From an uncultured Verrucomicrobiae bacterium (GTDB taxonomy: Bacteria; Verrucomicrobiota; Verrucomicrobiia; Chthoniobacterales; Chthoniobacteraceae), in NCBI GenBank assembly GCA_963836755.1, contig CAWIKF010000002.1:1024001-1088000 (forward strand): a stretch of 64,000 nt of DNA, in the 5' to 3' direction. The notes under the pieces were generated by a model. That model was given only the letters and a program-made list of their open reading frames with translations, did no database searches and was not told the origin of the DNA. Within the stretch, counting starts at the first letter, position 1, and each line of letters begins with the position of its first letter. Made by a program: the position numbers and the translations under genes. Below are positions 48,901-58,499 of the stretch, one piece after another.

Positions 48901-50960
48901 TGGTCGGCCGCGAGCGACTCGATTTGCTTTTGATGATCGCGCTCAGCCTCGACCAATTCCGCCGCGAGCGCCTCGCGTTCGCGATTCACATCGTCGCGCA
49001 ATTGATTGAGCGAAAGAATTTCCTTTTGATGATCCGCGCGCACTGCGCCGAGCTGCTTTGCAAAACCGGCATTCAGCGTCTCGACGGCTTTTTTGTGCTC
49101 ATCGCGCGCCTGGCGCAATTGCGTGTTTGCGATGTCACGCTCGCGGCCGAGCTCGTCGCGCTGTTGCGTGAGCTGCTCGAATTGTTTTTTGTGCTGGTCG
49201 CGCGTTTGCGCCAGCGTTTGCGTGAGATTATCGCGCTCTTTTGAAAGGGCGTCGCGCTGCTGCAAAATCGAGTCGATCGATTTTTTATGATCCTGCGCGA
49301 GCGCGTCGAGCTGCCGCTTGTAATCGGCCGTCAAATTCCGCACCTGCGCCGCGTGATCCTCGCGCGCCTGAGCGAGATGGCCGTTCACCTGATCGCGCTC
49401 CTGTAGCGCCTGCGCGCGCTCGTGCATGAAAGTATCGACGCGCTTTTTGTGGTCCTGCCGCAGCGCCTCGATCTGCTTTGTGTGTTCGGTGGAAAGCGAC
49501 GCGAGCTGCTTACTATAATCCTCGCTCAGCGCCTCGATCTGCTTTTTGTGCGTCTGCCGCAGCGCGTCGGTCTGCTTTTTGTATTCGGACTTTGACTGCG
49601 CGAGCTCCGAGGTCACCGCGTCGCGCTCGCGAACGGCGTTGTCGCGTTCCCAAGTGAACGCCTTGAGATTTTTCTTTTGGTCCTCGAGCGCCTTCGTAAG
49701 CTGCCCGAGCGCGCCATCCTTGCCCGTGACCACGGCCTCGCTGCGATGCGAGAGCGACTCGATTTCCTTGAGATGCGCGGCTTTGATTTGATTGAGCTGA
49801 TCGATCAATTCCTCGCGCTGCTTTGCGACCGCATTGCGCTCAAACGTGACGTTTTCCTGCTGCGCACGGAGCTGGTCGATCTCCTGCCGCAACTGCGCCA
49901 GCGCCTCGTCCTTTTCCTTGATGACCGCATCTTTTTCGCGCGAAAGTCCTTCGAGACGCGCGCGCTGCGCATCGGCATCCGAGTCGTCGCCGGTTGCGAC
50001 AAAAGTTTCACTCTGCTCACGTTTCAAATTGGCGAGCTGCGTGGCGATTTCATCGCGCTGGCGGAACGCCGCATCGCGCTCCTTGCTCAGCGAATCGATC
50101 TGCGCCGTCGCCTCGATCAACTTCTTCGAGAGATCGTCCTTCGCGCGCGCCGCCGCTTCGCGCGAGGTCTTGTCGAGCTGCAACGCCATCATCCGCTCGC
50201 GCACAGATTTCGAGCGCTCGATCGTTTTTTGATCCGGTAAATTTTGAAAAACTTCCGTCAACGGCAGCGGCACGCGGCGCGCTTCATCTACTGGGAAAAA
50301 GTTCCGAAAATCCTCCGGCAGCGCCGCCGTCAAATCCGCGAGCGCGATCTCCACCTTCCCCGTTGCGAGCTGTGGCTCCACGAGCTCGAGCGGCAGCGTC
50401 ACACGCAAATCTTCCGGCACCGCGCGCGTCACATTTTTCCGCAAATCCTCCGGCAGCCCCGCAATGATCGCGCTGAGGCTGAGATGAATTTCGCCGCGCG
50501 ACGGCACATCGAGACCGCCGTTCGTCTCGGCAAAAAACGGCATGTGCCCGCTCAAGATCGCCGCGGGTCCGGTCGCCTGGATCGTGGGCCGGCGCGGCGG
50601 AAACATTTCCGCATCGAGCGGAATGCCGTAGCGAAGATCGCCGCGATTGCGCGTGTCGGTTTTGCGCGTGGAGCCGGAGATTTGACCGACCACTTTTTGC
50701 CACGGGAAAAGCACGTCGATGTCTTCCTTCCCGCCGAGATCGGCTTGAAAAACATCGGGACAAACCTTCGCGAGACGCGAGAGAGGCATCGTCGTTTTTC
50801 CAGTCGCGATATCGCCGGCGAGCTCGCTGACTTTGAAAGAAACTTTCTGCTTCAGATCGTGCGGCCCGGGTTTCAGATAAGCCGGCGGCACCCGCTGCAA
50901 AACGTCGCCCAAGTCTAAAACGATTTCTTTTTCCGGGGGTGCGATTTCGTGATTGCCCAT
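42942..50960 (-). CDS. Giant coiled-coil protein (2672 aa) with a small duplicated N-terminal globular region
   Basis: Uninterrupted 8-kb ORF rich in E/Q/A/R/K/L/H with 11- and 7-residue periodicity; no signal peptide or TM. Confidence 0.9.
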   Translation of the reverse strand: MGNHEIAPPEKEIVLDLGDVLQRVPPAYLKPGPHDLKQKVSFKVSELAGDIATGKTTMPLSRLAKVCPDVFQADLGGKEDIDVLFPWQKVVGQISGSTRKTDTRNRGDLRYGIPLDAEMFPPRRPTIQATGPAAILSGHMPFFAETNGGLDVPSRGEIHLSLSAIIAGLPEDLRKNVTRAVPEDLRVTLPLELVEPQLATGKVEIALADLTAALPEDFRNFFPVDEARRVPLPLTEVFQNLPDQKTIERSKSVRERMMALQLDKTSREAAARAKDDLSKKLIEATAQIDSLSKERDAAFRQRDEIATQLANLKREQSETFVATGDDSDADAQRARLEGLSREKDAVIKEKDEALAQLRQEIDQLRAQQENVTFERNAVAKQREELIDQLNQIKAAHLKEIESLSHRSEAVVTGKDGALGQLTKALEDQKKNLKAFTWERDNAVRERDAVTSELAQSKSEYKKQTDALRQTHKKQIEALSEDYSKQLASLSTEHTKQIEALRQDHKKRVDTFMHERAQALQERDQVNGHLAQAREDHAAQVRNLTADYKRQLDALAQDHKKSIDSILQQRDALSKERDNLTQTLAQTRDQHKKQFEQLTQQRDELGRERDIANTQLRQARDEHKKAVETLNAGFAKQLGAVRADHQKEILSLNQLRDDVNREREALAAELVEAERDHQKQIESLAADHRKHVAALDEDYNKRSTALHAQRDEVIRQRDATTAELAQARDDHKRFVDSLNESHRQKVEALTLEHQQRVNGLSDQRDTAIGERDSLSFQLSQALESHQKQLELLNADHRKHVESLDNQRDQIIAEREQLAAQLIALEEAHKKQFATVRNDHHRQIEILGDDHKKQVAALAQNHDAELNALRAEHEKAAAQLNQQREFVVQEKAQVIAELAQTREDHKKALDAAAVETRRQLDVLGQSHHEKMDALGIAHKREFDLLRTEHQRQLDAAKVQREAVAREKEQVLRELAQARSDHQKALADAQEKTRQQIEALAQAHKRQIEALLADQKKQIEVLTQKFQEQREALGREKDIAFGKLMLAKEDHKKALAAEQEKARLQLEGVELKHRQQLETLHAEHKAEAEALAQKHYEQREAAAREREQILAQFTQAKEEHQAALHAADESSRRQLDALAARHHQQIAELTESHQKNNDALAQKHLQELGALTLEKESAFAQLAQAIDEHKSALQAAEELRAEQLDHLADAHRQQIAALNEDHQKANDMLVQRHQQERAVLTREKEMAFAQLSQAKDEHKQALALAGENARQQLAQLAQSHHEQVETLSANHRGELESLGQKHAAHVAQNDAAHAQQIEALNQQRAEIVREKEQLAAEFAQAREAHAAELATAEEQQRNRIAAIASDFKNQQTALDRKHAEQILALQADSARAEETFQQERAAFAHEKSSLLAVLQRMREEHEQATVDLHGEHEKQLAAVNEQHAAHVATISGEAREHLEALTKQRDEILRERDTASYKLAQAIDAHQKQVDALNTDHARRLGEVTQQRNDLNHEREQLAAQLESTRAEHAAQVEALGAAHQKQLAALHAEQQKKAEHFVQLRMALEHERDDAIAQGARIREEGKQQLEQLARDHQAQRETADANHQAKIEALVAEHRKQADFAEQQRNEIALAKDQLAAAFAHANEGNQQQIDALRHQHEETSREREKVREELAEARANFEKQREQMIAENHRLNGAMALAREQHQKELEEAIAGVRAAAAAELQTVRDEEMHRFDAVAGQRDAALHEREALLEQLKEAAENQKSLDAAARARHDEIAAELATARVAHDHQLSQARKENEKITGELARIRRDYKMQVEELTQQLHGVIRERDETAAHLAAETSRLEQGTQTLRADLEKQIAALDAQRGALQSDRDQLQAELAQAKERTEQFAVAKVEHEAEVSGLRHQRDQFARDLEETRTEMAASTEARTRHISELEQKLHAVEEERAAIQNAREQAEKEHQEQLKSIGEIHRRALLDAEAQREEIAKAADESNHRRTALEEEREALTQARDEALTKLAATAAEFQKQLETAAEEHAKRAIALQHERDEKNDALNKTERELEHAKARLTESAADHQEQLHALSEGHQRALAEATMQREQIEQTARAMNERLATLTQEREALAQAVEESTAQLAEAREQFAKQIDAAAEEHAKRAVALQQEREAIVLAKDEAIANANRDLEALRERLQSELAEVRRDHGAQAEIFAKERDAAAADRDKTLRQLRELRKESKEQADALGKQLYAVFEERAAALAEIDATRDAAEKRITTLNAEFDERVEELAAHRDQLTLRIVQIENSQRQQIENLREDYEKQLAALRESRGQTAREKQEAEAALEKLREDAADAEKALTTERDRIAAQLSQTDSGHKARIAALETELQNKAKALEEINAASREREVALAELQRTADEQKARISSLDSERESAAAEQARLTQEREQLTAQIAALGENHRQQIAALNEDFKKRAEALQAASQQATRERETALASAAKAHAEHERLLAEMESKHGGQISTLSAQRDELDAKHRAVTAELAQQKQLHYDKLDDAKQAYIQELGDLRVQLDKVSRGKDDAKKVSQAISEKQREIENLTRVREQLLAEKNSEAEKARVAQEELAAARQRVSELKEQIATVKRESKLELHAVGENFNALMRERDQAMEQLQKELAAQKEQIARLAGNGDSAA

Positions 50961-51049
50961 GTCAGGAGTAAATAATGCGCCCGCGCGCAGCGTGATAAAA
51001 CGGGAAAAACCGGCGGTAAGAAAGCATTAAGAGAGACGGCGTCAAGGTT

Positions 51050-52105
51050 TCACACCACGTCCGTCGCGGCAAATTCTGACGGCGCTGCTTCTGCACAAAC
51101 TCCATGCCGCTCGCCAATCCGCCCAATCGCCCACCGTGCATGCTCCGCTATCAGCGGCTCGGCATCATCCGCGGCGCGCGCGAGCGCCGGCAGATCGCGA
51201 GGCGTCCCGACATTGCCGAGCGCCACGCAGACATTGCGCAGAAAGCTGCGGCGCTTGATGCGTTTGATCGGCGATTTGCGAAAAAGTTCGCGGAATCCCG
51301 CGTCGTCCAGCGCGAGATAATCCGCGAGCGAAAGCCCGGTCGTCTCACGGCGCGCTGCAAACGCGCCTTCACGCGAAACCTGCGCGAAGCGGTTCCACGG
51401 ACACACCGTTAAGCAATCGTCACAGCCATAAATCCGGTCGCCGATCAGCGGCCGGAACTCCAGCGGGATGCTGCCTTTGAATTCGATCGTGAGATACGAA
51501 ATGCAGCGGCGCGCATCGAGCGAATGCGGCGCGGTGATCGCGCCGGTCGGGCACGCATCGATGCAGCGCGTGCAACTCCCGCAGCGGTCCGGCTGCGGCA
51601 GATCTGCTTCGATGTCCAACGTCGTCAAAATCTCCGCCAGAAAAAACCAGGTGCCCAGCCGCGGGCTGACGAGCATCGTGCTTTTGCCATGCCAGCCGAG
51701 ACCGGCGCGCGCCGCGAAATCGCGTTCCAAAATCGGCCCGGTGTCCACGTAGCATTTCTGCACGCCGCCGTGCGTTTGCAAAAAAGTGTCGAGCTCGCGC
51801 AGCCGGCTCTCGATCAATTCGTGATAATCCTCGCCCCACGCGTAGCGCGCGATTTTGCCATCCGCGCGCGTCGCGTCGCCCTGGAAATAATTCATCGCCA
51901 GCGCGATCACCGACCGCGCGCCCGGCAAAACTTTCTGCGGATCCGTGCGTCGATCTTTGTTCCGCTCCAGCCACGCCATTTCGCCGGCGCGTCCCTCGCC
52001 AAGCCAGTGGTGAAAGGCATCCGCGTGCGGCGGCGCCTCGCACGGCGCGACGCGACACAGGTCAAATCCGAGCGCTTCCGCGCGCGCGATGAGCAGATCT
52101 TTCAC
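51050..52105 (-). CDS. queG: tRNA epoxyqueuosine reductase
   Basis: RYAWGEDYH, VDTGPILER, CGSCTRCIDACPT and YGCDDC...CPWN motifs. Confidence 0.95.
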   Translation of the reverse strand: MKDLLIARAEALGFDLCRVAPCEAPPHADAFHHWLGEGRAGEMAWLERNKDRRTDPQKVLPGARSVIALAMNYFQGDATRADGKIARYAWGEDYHELIESRLRELDTFLQTHGGVQKCYVDTGPILERDFAARAGLGWHGKSTMLVSPRLGTWFFLAEILTTLDIEADLPQPDRCGSCTRCIDACPTGAITAPHSLDARRCISYLTIEFKGSIPLEFRPLIGDRIYGCDDCLTVCPWNRFAQVSREGAFAARRETTGLSLADYLALDDAGFRELFRKSPIKRIKRRSFLRNVCVALGNVGTPRDLPALARAADDAEPLIAEHARWAIGRIGERHGVCAEAAPSEFAATDVV

Positions 52106-52108
52106 GCG

Positions 52109-52642
52109 CTACTTTTCGCACGAAAAAAAGCGCCGCGCCTCCGAAATCACCGCGTCCGCAATTTCGGTGTGCGAGCGCGTGGAAGTGTCGATCGAAAAAT
52201 GCGCCGCGCTTTCATAAAGCGGTCGCCGCGCCGCGAGCAGCGTCACGACCGTCGCGCGCGGATCGGGCGTGTGCAGCAGCGGCCGCTTCGTCGTGCGCGA
52301 CACGCGCTCAAAAATCACCTCTTCGCTCGCCGTGAGCCAGACCACAAAACTCATCGAGCGCAGCAGCGAAACATTTTCCGCGCGCAGCACAATTCCGCCG
52401 CCGGTCGCGATGATTTGGCGCGACTCATCCGCTCGCGAACGAAGCGCGGCCATTTCCGAATCGCGAAAAAAGTCCTCGCCTTCCGCAGCGAAAATTTCAG
52501 CGATTTCAGCTCCCGTCTGCGCGACGACGAGCTGGTCGATGTCGAAAAAATTCCAGTTCAACTTTCGGGCAATGATTCGGCCAATCGAAGATTTGCCAGT
52601 TCCCATGAAACCAATCAGCGCCACATTTTCCCGCGCGCTCAT
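52109..52642 (-). CDS. aroK: Shikimate kinase
   Basis: GFMGTGKS, GEDFFRDSE, ATGGG and RPLL motifs. Confidence 0.95.
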   Translation of the reverse strand: MSARENVALIGFMGTGKSSIGRIIARKLNWNFFDIDQLVVAQTGAEIAEIFAAEGEDFFRDSEMAALRSRADESRQIIATGGGIVLRAENVSLLRSMSFVVWLTASEEVIFERVSRTTKRPLLHTPDPRATVVTLLAARRPLYESAAHFSIDTSTRSHTEIADAVISEARRFFSCEK

Positions 52643-52888
52643 GATTTTTGAAATGCCCGGGAAACAGCGCGGCGCCAGCATTTCCGGCCATCGCCATGGG
52701 TTGCAAAGTTGTGCACAGATTTTCTTGCGAGCTGAAGCGGGAGTTTTAAAAAACGGGCTTCAGATTTTGGGGCGCCGCATTTTCTTGCGGGAAAAGTTCC
52801 GCGCGGTCAAGCACCGCCTGCACGGAGAAACCGCAGTGCGCGTTTCGCCTTTACACACTCCGCGCCGTCTCCAAAATCCCGCCTCCAG

Positions 52889-53377
52889 ATGAAACCTTCG
52901 CCGCTCGTCGCCGTCGTCATGGGCAGCAAATCCGATTGGGAAACGATGCGCGCCGCCGTGGAAATTTTGGACCAGCTCGGCGTGCCTGGCGAGCACCGCG
53001 TCGTCAGCGCGCATCGCACGCCCGACTTGATGGCGCAGTTCGCAAAAGAGGCAGCGTCGCGTGGAGTCAAAGTGATCATCGCCGGCGCGGGCGGCGCGGC
53101 GCATTTGCCCGGCATGATCGCGGCGCAAACGTGGCTGCCGGTGCTCGGCGTGCCGATCGAGAGCCGCGCGCTCAAAGGGCTCGACTCGCTTTTGTCCATC
53201 GCGCAAATGCCCGGAGGCATCCCCGTCGGCACGCTCGCGATCGGCCCAGCCGGCGCGAAGAATGCCGCGCTGCTTGCCGCGAGCATCCTCGCGCTGACCG
53301 ACGAAAAAGTTCGCGCGTCCTTGCAAAAATTCCGCGAGCGGCAAACAGCCGAATCACTTGCCTCGAAGCTCGAATGA
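52889..53377 (+). CDS. purE: N5-CAIR mutase
   Basis: MGSKSD, SAHRTP and [11 protein letters not shown] motifs. Confidence 0.97.
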   Translation: MKPSPLVAVVMGSKSDWETMRAAVEILDQLGVPGEHRVVSAHRTPDLMAQFAKEAASRGVKVIIAGAGGAAHLPGMIAAQTWLPVLGVPIESRALKGLDSLLSIAQMPGGIPVGTLAIGPAGAKNAALLAASILALTDEKVRASLQKFRERQTAESLASKLE

Positions 53378-54522
53378 CGAGCCCGCGCGTTTTTCTGCCC
53401 GGCACCAAAATCGGCGTGATGGGCGGTGGCCAGCTCGGCCGCATGTTTGCCATCGAGGCGCGCAAAATGGGCTACCGCGTTCACACGTTCAGCCCCGGCG
53501 AGGACACCCCGACCGGCCAGCTCGCCGACTGCGAAGTGGCCGGCTCCTACGGCGATGAAGCGGCGGTGAAAAAGTTTGCGCAGGGCATCGATGTGCTCAC
53601 GTTTGAATTCGAAAATATTCCCGCGCGCACCATCGAATGGTGCGCGGAATTTTGCGAAGTGAGGCCATCGGGAAAGATTTTGCACATCGCGCAGAACCGG
53701 CTCCGCGAGAAGGAATTTCTCGATCAAGCAGGGCTGCCGCTGCCCGCGTTCATCGCCGTCGGCAGCGCAGGAGAACTCGCAGCCGCGGTCAACGAAGTCG
53801 GCACAAATGCAGTTTTAAAAACGGCAAGTTTTGGCTACGACGGTAAAGGTCAGCACAAACTTTCACCCGGCGAAGATCTCGCGGCCGCGTGGTCGCCTTT
53901 CGCTCAAACCGGTGCGGTGCTCGAGCAGTTCGTCGATTTTCAAAAAGAAATTTCCGTCCTCGTCGCGCGCGGCGCGGACGGCGCAAAGGTGACGTATCCC
54001 GTCTGCGAAAATGTGCATCGCAACCACATCCTCGACGTGACCGTTGTTCCCGCGAACGTCAGCGACGCGATCGAAAAATCCGCGCGCGAACTCGCGCTCA
54101 CCATCGCCGAAAAACTCGAGCTTGTCGGATTGCTGGCGGTCGAAATGTTTTTACGGCCTGACAACACGTTGCTGATCAACGAACTCGCGCCGCGTCCGCA
54201 CAACTCCGGGCATTTCAGCTTCGACGCGTGCATCACGAGCCAGTTCGAGCAACAACTCCGCGCGGTGTGCGGACTGCCGCTCGGCTCGACCGAATTGCTG
54301 CGGTCGTGCGCGATGGCAAACCTGCTCGGCGAGCTTTGGGAGAAGGGCGAGCCCGATTGGAAAGCCGCGCTTCAAATCCCGGATGTCAAACTTCATCTAT
54401 ACGGAAAAACTGAGCCGCGCGCCGGCAGAAAAATGGGTCATCTAACTGCGTTCGGTGCGAATACGGACGAAGCCGCCCGACGTGTGCGCGCCGCGCGCGA
54501 AGCGTTGACGGAACACCAGTGA
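53374..54522 (+). CDS. purK: N5-CAIR synthase
   Basis: [27 protein letters not shown] and RKMGH motifs; ATGA overlap with purE. Confidence 0.96.
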   Translation: MTSPRVFLPGTKIGVMGGGQLGRMFAIEARKMGYRVHTFSPGEDTPTGQLADCEVAGSYGDEAAVKKFAQGIDVLTFEFENIPARTIEWCAEFCEVRPSGKILHIAQNRLREKEFLDQAGLPLPAFIAVGSAGELAAAVNEVGTNAVLKTASFGYDGKGQHKLSPGEDLAAAWSPFAQTGAVLEQFVDFQKEISVLVARGADGAKVTYPVCENVHRNHILDVTVVPANVSDAIEKSARELALTIAEKLELVGLLAVEMFLRPDNTLLINELAPRPHNSGHFSFDACITSQFEQQLRAVCGLPLGSTELLRSCAMANLLGELWEKGEPDWKAALQIPDVKLHLYGKTEPRAGRKMGHLTAFGANTDEAARRVRAAREALTEHQ

Positions 54523-55587
54523 TCACACAACTGCTCCCGGCCGCGGATCCAGCCACCATCGGCCCTGCAGTCAATTTGCTCGCAGCCGGCGAGGTCGTCG
54601 CGCTTCCGACTGAAACGGTTTACGGACTCGCGGCAGACGCGCTGCGGGCCGAAGCGGCCGCCAAAATTTTCGAAGCAAAAGAGCGCCCATTTTTTGACCC
54701 GCTCATCGTTCATTTGCCATCGCGCCACTGGCTTGAAAAAATCGCGACCGTTCCGGAGCGGAGCAAAGTTTTGGTCGATGCGTTGATCGAAAAATTCTGG
54801 CCAGGGCCGCTCACCCTCGTGCTGCCGCGGCAAAAAATTGTGCCCGATCTTGTCACCGCTGGACTCGACACGGTGGCCGTGCGGATGAGCTCGCATCCAG
54901 TTTTTCAAAACGTCATCGAGCGTTTCGGAAAGCCGCTCGCCGCGCCGAGCGCAAATCGCTTTGGGCGGATCAGCCCAACCGCGGCGGGTCATGTTTTCGC
55001 GGAGTTAAACAACCGGATTCCGCTGATCGTTGACGCCGGGACGACGCAGCACGGAATCGAATCGACGATTCTCGCAGTCGAAGGCGGCGAACTGCGCTTG
55101 CTGCGCGCCGGGCCGATCACGCCCGAGGAAATCGGCGGCGTCTGGCAAAGCGTTTGCAAGCGGCAAAAATTTGCGCCGACCGAGAAGGACGTGAATGCCT
55201 TTTTCGAAAAGCTCGGCGTTTCTTTTCGGGCAATGTTGCGCGGCGCGCATGACACCCGGATCGAGGCGCCAGGCCAGTTGCAGAGCCATTACGCGCCGCG
55301 CACACCGCTGCGTTTGCTCGCACTCGGTGCGCACGCGCGGGTTTATGAAAAAGTTCGCGCGGGCTATCTGGCGTGGGAATCGGCGCCAAAAGAAAATTGT
55401 TTTTGCGCCATCGAAATTCTCAGCGAATCCGGAGATTTTCGCGAAGCGGCGGCGACGTTTGTTCGCAAAGCTGCGCAAATTGGACGACGCGAAACTCGAC
55501 GTGATTTTCGCGGATTGCGTGCCGGAGCGCGGGCTGGGCATTGCGATTATGGATCGTTTGCGCAAAGCTGCCGCCCCAAATTCATGA
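54519..55587 (+). CDS. sua5: Threonylcarbamoyl-AMP synthase Sua5, with an apparent single-base insertion near 55458-55460
   Basis: PTETVYGL, PLIVH, APSAN and APG...HYAP motifs. The true C-terminus LFAKLRKLD...AIMDRLRKAA lies in another frame ending at 55587. Confidence 0.88.
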
Positions 55588-57183
55588 GCGACTCGGATCG
55601 AAAATTCAGCGCGAAATCCGCCGGCGTCGTCGGCATCGCCGTCATGTGCTCGCGCGTGCTCGGGCTTGTGCGCGAGCTGGTTTTTGCGGCGCTGTTCGGC
55701 GCTGGTTTCAAAATGGACGCGTTCGTCGCCGCGTTTCGCGCGCCAAATTTGCTGCGCGATCTTTTTGCCGAGGGCGCTCTCTCTACCGCGTTTGTGACGA
55801 CTTTTTCAAAAAAAATCGCGACGGAAGGCGACGAGTCTGCGTGGAAGCTGGCGAACAAGGTTGCGACTTTGACGGTGATTTTCATGAGCTTTGTCACGCT
55901 GCTGGGAATCATTTTCGCGCCGCAGCTGATGTTTTTGCTCGCGCACGGATTTGAGGCGGAGCCGGGAAAGTTCCAGCTCGCGGTGCTGCTCACGCGGATC
56001 ATGTTTCCGTTCATCTTGATGGTGTCGCTGTCGGCGCTCGTCATGGGAATGCTGAACGCGAAGCACGTCTTCGGCATGCCCGCGCTGGCGTCGAGTTTCT
56101 TCAATCTCGGCTCGATCGTCGGCGGCGCTGCGCTCGGCTGGCTGATGGATCCGCACTTCGGCACCCGTTCGCTCATCGGGCTGTCGATCGGCACGTTGAT
56201 CGGCGGATTTTTGCAGCTCGTCGTGCAATTTCCGGCGCTGCGCAAAGTGCGTTTTCGTTTTCGTCCGGACTTTGTCTGGCGCGATGAGGGCGTGCGGCAG
56301 GTGCTTTTATTAATGGGTCCCGCGGTCATCGCGGCGAGCGCGGTGCAGGTGAATGTAATGGTCAACGGCAACTTCGCATCGCATCTCGGCAACGGCCCGG
56401 TGAGCTGGCTCAACTACGCGTTTCGGTTGATGCAATTGCCGATTGGGATTTTCGGCGTTGCGCTCGGGACAGTGACGCTGCCGGCGATCTCGCGCAGCGC
56501 TGCGATGGGCGACACGGCGCAGTTGCGCAGCACGCTCGCCCATGCGTTGAAGCTCGCATTTTTGCTGACGATCCCGTGCGCGATCGGGCTGATCTTTTTC
56601 TCCGAACCGATCATCTCGCTCATTTTTCAGCGCGGTCGATTCACTTTTGATTCGACGCTGCAAACGGCGGCGGCATTGAGATTTTACGCCATCGGTCTCG
56701 TCGCCTACGCCGGAATCAAAGTGCTGGCGCCGGCGTTTTACGCGATCGACAAGCGCTACGCTCCGATGCTCGTGAGTTTTTTTTCCATCGCGACGAATTG
56801 GTATTTGAACCAGCTCTTCACCTTCAAACTTGGCTACGGTCATCGCGGTCTCGCGCTCTCGACCGGCTTCGTCGCTTCGATCAATTTCGTGATCCTTTTT
56901 CTGATGATGTCGCATCATGTGAAAGGGCTGGAGGCATTTTCGCTGTTTAAAACGATATTTAAAATCCTGCTGGCCAGCTCATTATTGGCCGCCGTTTGCT
57001 CACTTTCGCGAAAAGTTGCTCTTCGTGAATCTCGCGACGATGCACTTTTTGCCGAAGCTCTTGGCAGTGCCGATGACCATCGGCGTCGCGGGCGTGGTTT
57101 TTTTCGCCGGGGTTTACTTCCTAAAAGTGGACGAAGTGCATGAGCTGAGCACGCTGCTGCGCCGCAGATTTTTGAAACGATGA
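55584..57183 (+). CDS. murJ: Lipid II flippase MurJ, with an apparent single-base insertion near 57008-57014
   Basis: SRVLGLVRE, FRAPNLLRDLFAEGA and RLMQLPIG motifs. The last TM segment is in a shifted frame ending at 57183, with an ATGA overlap to the next gene. Confidence 0.9.
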
Positions 57184-58454
57184 AGCCAGCGACGCAAATC
57201 TACGACGACCCGGCATTCGCAATGGCGTGCGAGCAATTCCGCGTCGTTGCAGATTATCTCGGGCTCGATGAAAGCATCCGCGCGCGCATGGTTTATCCGA
57301 AACGCGCGATGGCCGTGACGCTGCCGATCCGCCGCGATGATGGGCGCATCGAGGTCTTCGAAGGTTATCGCGTGCAGCATCATCTCGCGTTTGGCCCGAC
57401 CAAAGGCGGCACGCGTTTTCATCCCGCGGTTTCACTTGGCGAGGTCGCCGCGCTCGCGACATGGATGAGCTGGAAATGCGCACTGACCGGCCTGCCGTAT
57501 GGCGGCGCGAAAGGCGGCGTGACCGTCGATCCCGCGCGGCTTTCCAAGCGCGAAATCGAAGCGCTTTCGCGGCGTTACATGCAGGAAATGATTCCGTTCG
57601 TCGGGCCGCGCACCGACATCATGGGGCCCGACATGGGCACGAATGAAGAAGTGATGGGCTGGTTCATGGACACGTATTCGGTGCATCACGGTTGCGCTGT
57701 CCCGGAAATCGTAACGGGCAAACCGGTCGCGATCGGCGGCATCGTCGGCCGGCGCGAGGCGACCGGACGCGGCGTGGTTTATTTGATCGAGCGCGCGCTG
57801 AATGTTTTAAAAATGCAGCCGGACCGTTGCACAGCCGTTGTGCAAGGTTTTGGCAATGTCGGCGCTGTCGCCGCGCAAGGGTTGTCGTTTAAAGATGGGA
57901 TGAAAATCATCGGCCTCAGCGACGCGTTCGCCGCCTTTCACAATCCGCGCGGGATCGACGTCACGGCGGCGGAGCGGCACGTCGCGCAGCACGGAAATCT
58001 TTCGAACTTTGACGGCGGCGAGCGCATCAGTCCGGAGGAATTACTGACGTTGAAATGCGACGTGCTCGTGCCCGCGGCCGTCGAGGGCGTGATCACCGAG
58101 CATAACGCGGCGAAGCTCCAATGCCGCATCCTCGCGGAGGCCGCGAATGGCCCAACCACGCCGGCTGCCGACCAAATCCTGTTTCAACGCTGGCAGGAGA
58201 TTTTTGTGATTCCCGACATCCTTTGCAACGCCGGCGGCGTCATCGTTTCCTATTTCGAATGGGTGCAGGACGTGCAGCAGTTTTTTTGGAATGAAACCGA
58301 AAGCACCGACAAACTTTTCCGCATCCTCGAGCAGGCTTTCGTGACCGTGATCAAGCGCGCCCGCGATGCGAAAATCCCACACCGCATGTCCGCGATGTCG
58401 ATCGGCGTCGAGCGTGTGCTCGCGGCGAAAGCGAGCCGCGGTTTGTTTCCGTGA
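57180..58454 (+). CDS. gdhA: Glu/Leu/Phe/Val dehydrogenase (glutamate dehydrogenase type)
   Basis: GPTKGGTRF, YGGAKGG, QGFGNVG, EAANGP and NAGGVIVSYFEW motifs. Confidence 0.9.
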   Translation: MKPATQIYDDPAFAMACEQFRVVADYLGLDESIRARMVYPKRAMAVTLPIRRDDGRIEVFEGYRVQHHLAFGPTKGGTRFHPAVSLGEVAALATWMSWKCALTGLPYGGAKGGVTVDPARLSKREIEALSRRYMQEMIPFVGPRTDIMGPDMGTNEEVMGWFMDTYSVHHGCAVPEIVTGKPVAIGGIVGRREATGRGVVYLIERALNVLKMQPDRCTAVVQGFGNVGAVAAQGLSFKDGMKIIGLSDAFAAFHNPRGIDVTAAERHVAQHGNLSNFDGGERISPEELLTLKCDVLVPAAVEGVITEHNAAKLQCRILAEAANGPTTPAADQILFQRWQEIFVIPDILCNAGGVIVSYFEWVQDVQQFFWNETESTDKLFRILEQAFVTVIKRARDAKIPHRMSAMSIGVERVLAAKASRGLFP

Positions 58455-58499
58455 GTTTTTCCATTCGCGAAAACAATTGCCGGGTTTCAAAGTGACGCG

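Noticed and set aside
42942..50960. SMC or phage tape-measure protein
   Set aside because: No Walker A/B or hinge, no TM segments and no phage genes nearby.
54519..57143. Novel 874-aa Sua5-MurJ fusion protein
   Set aside because: Explained by a single-base insertion; the real Sua5 C-terminus and stop exist in another frame and MurJ has its own ATG at 55584.
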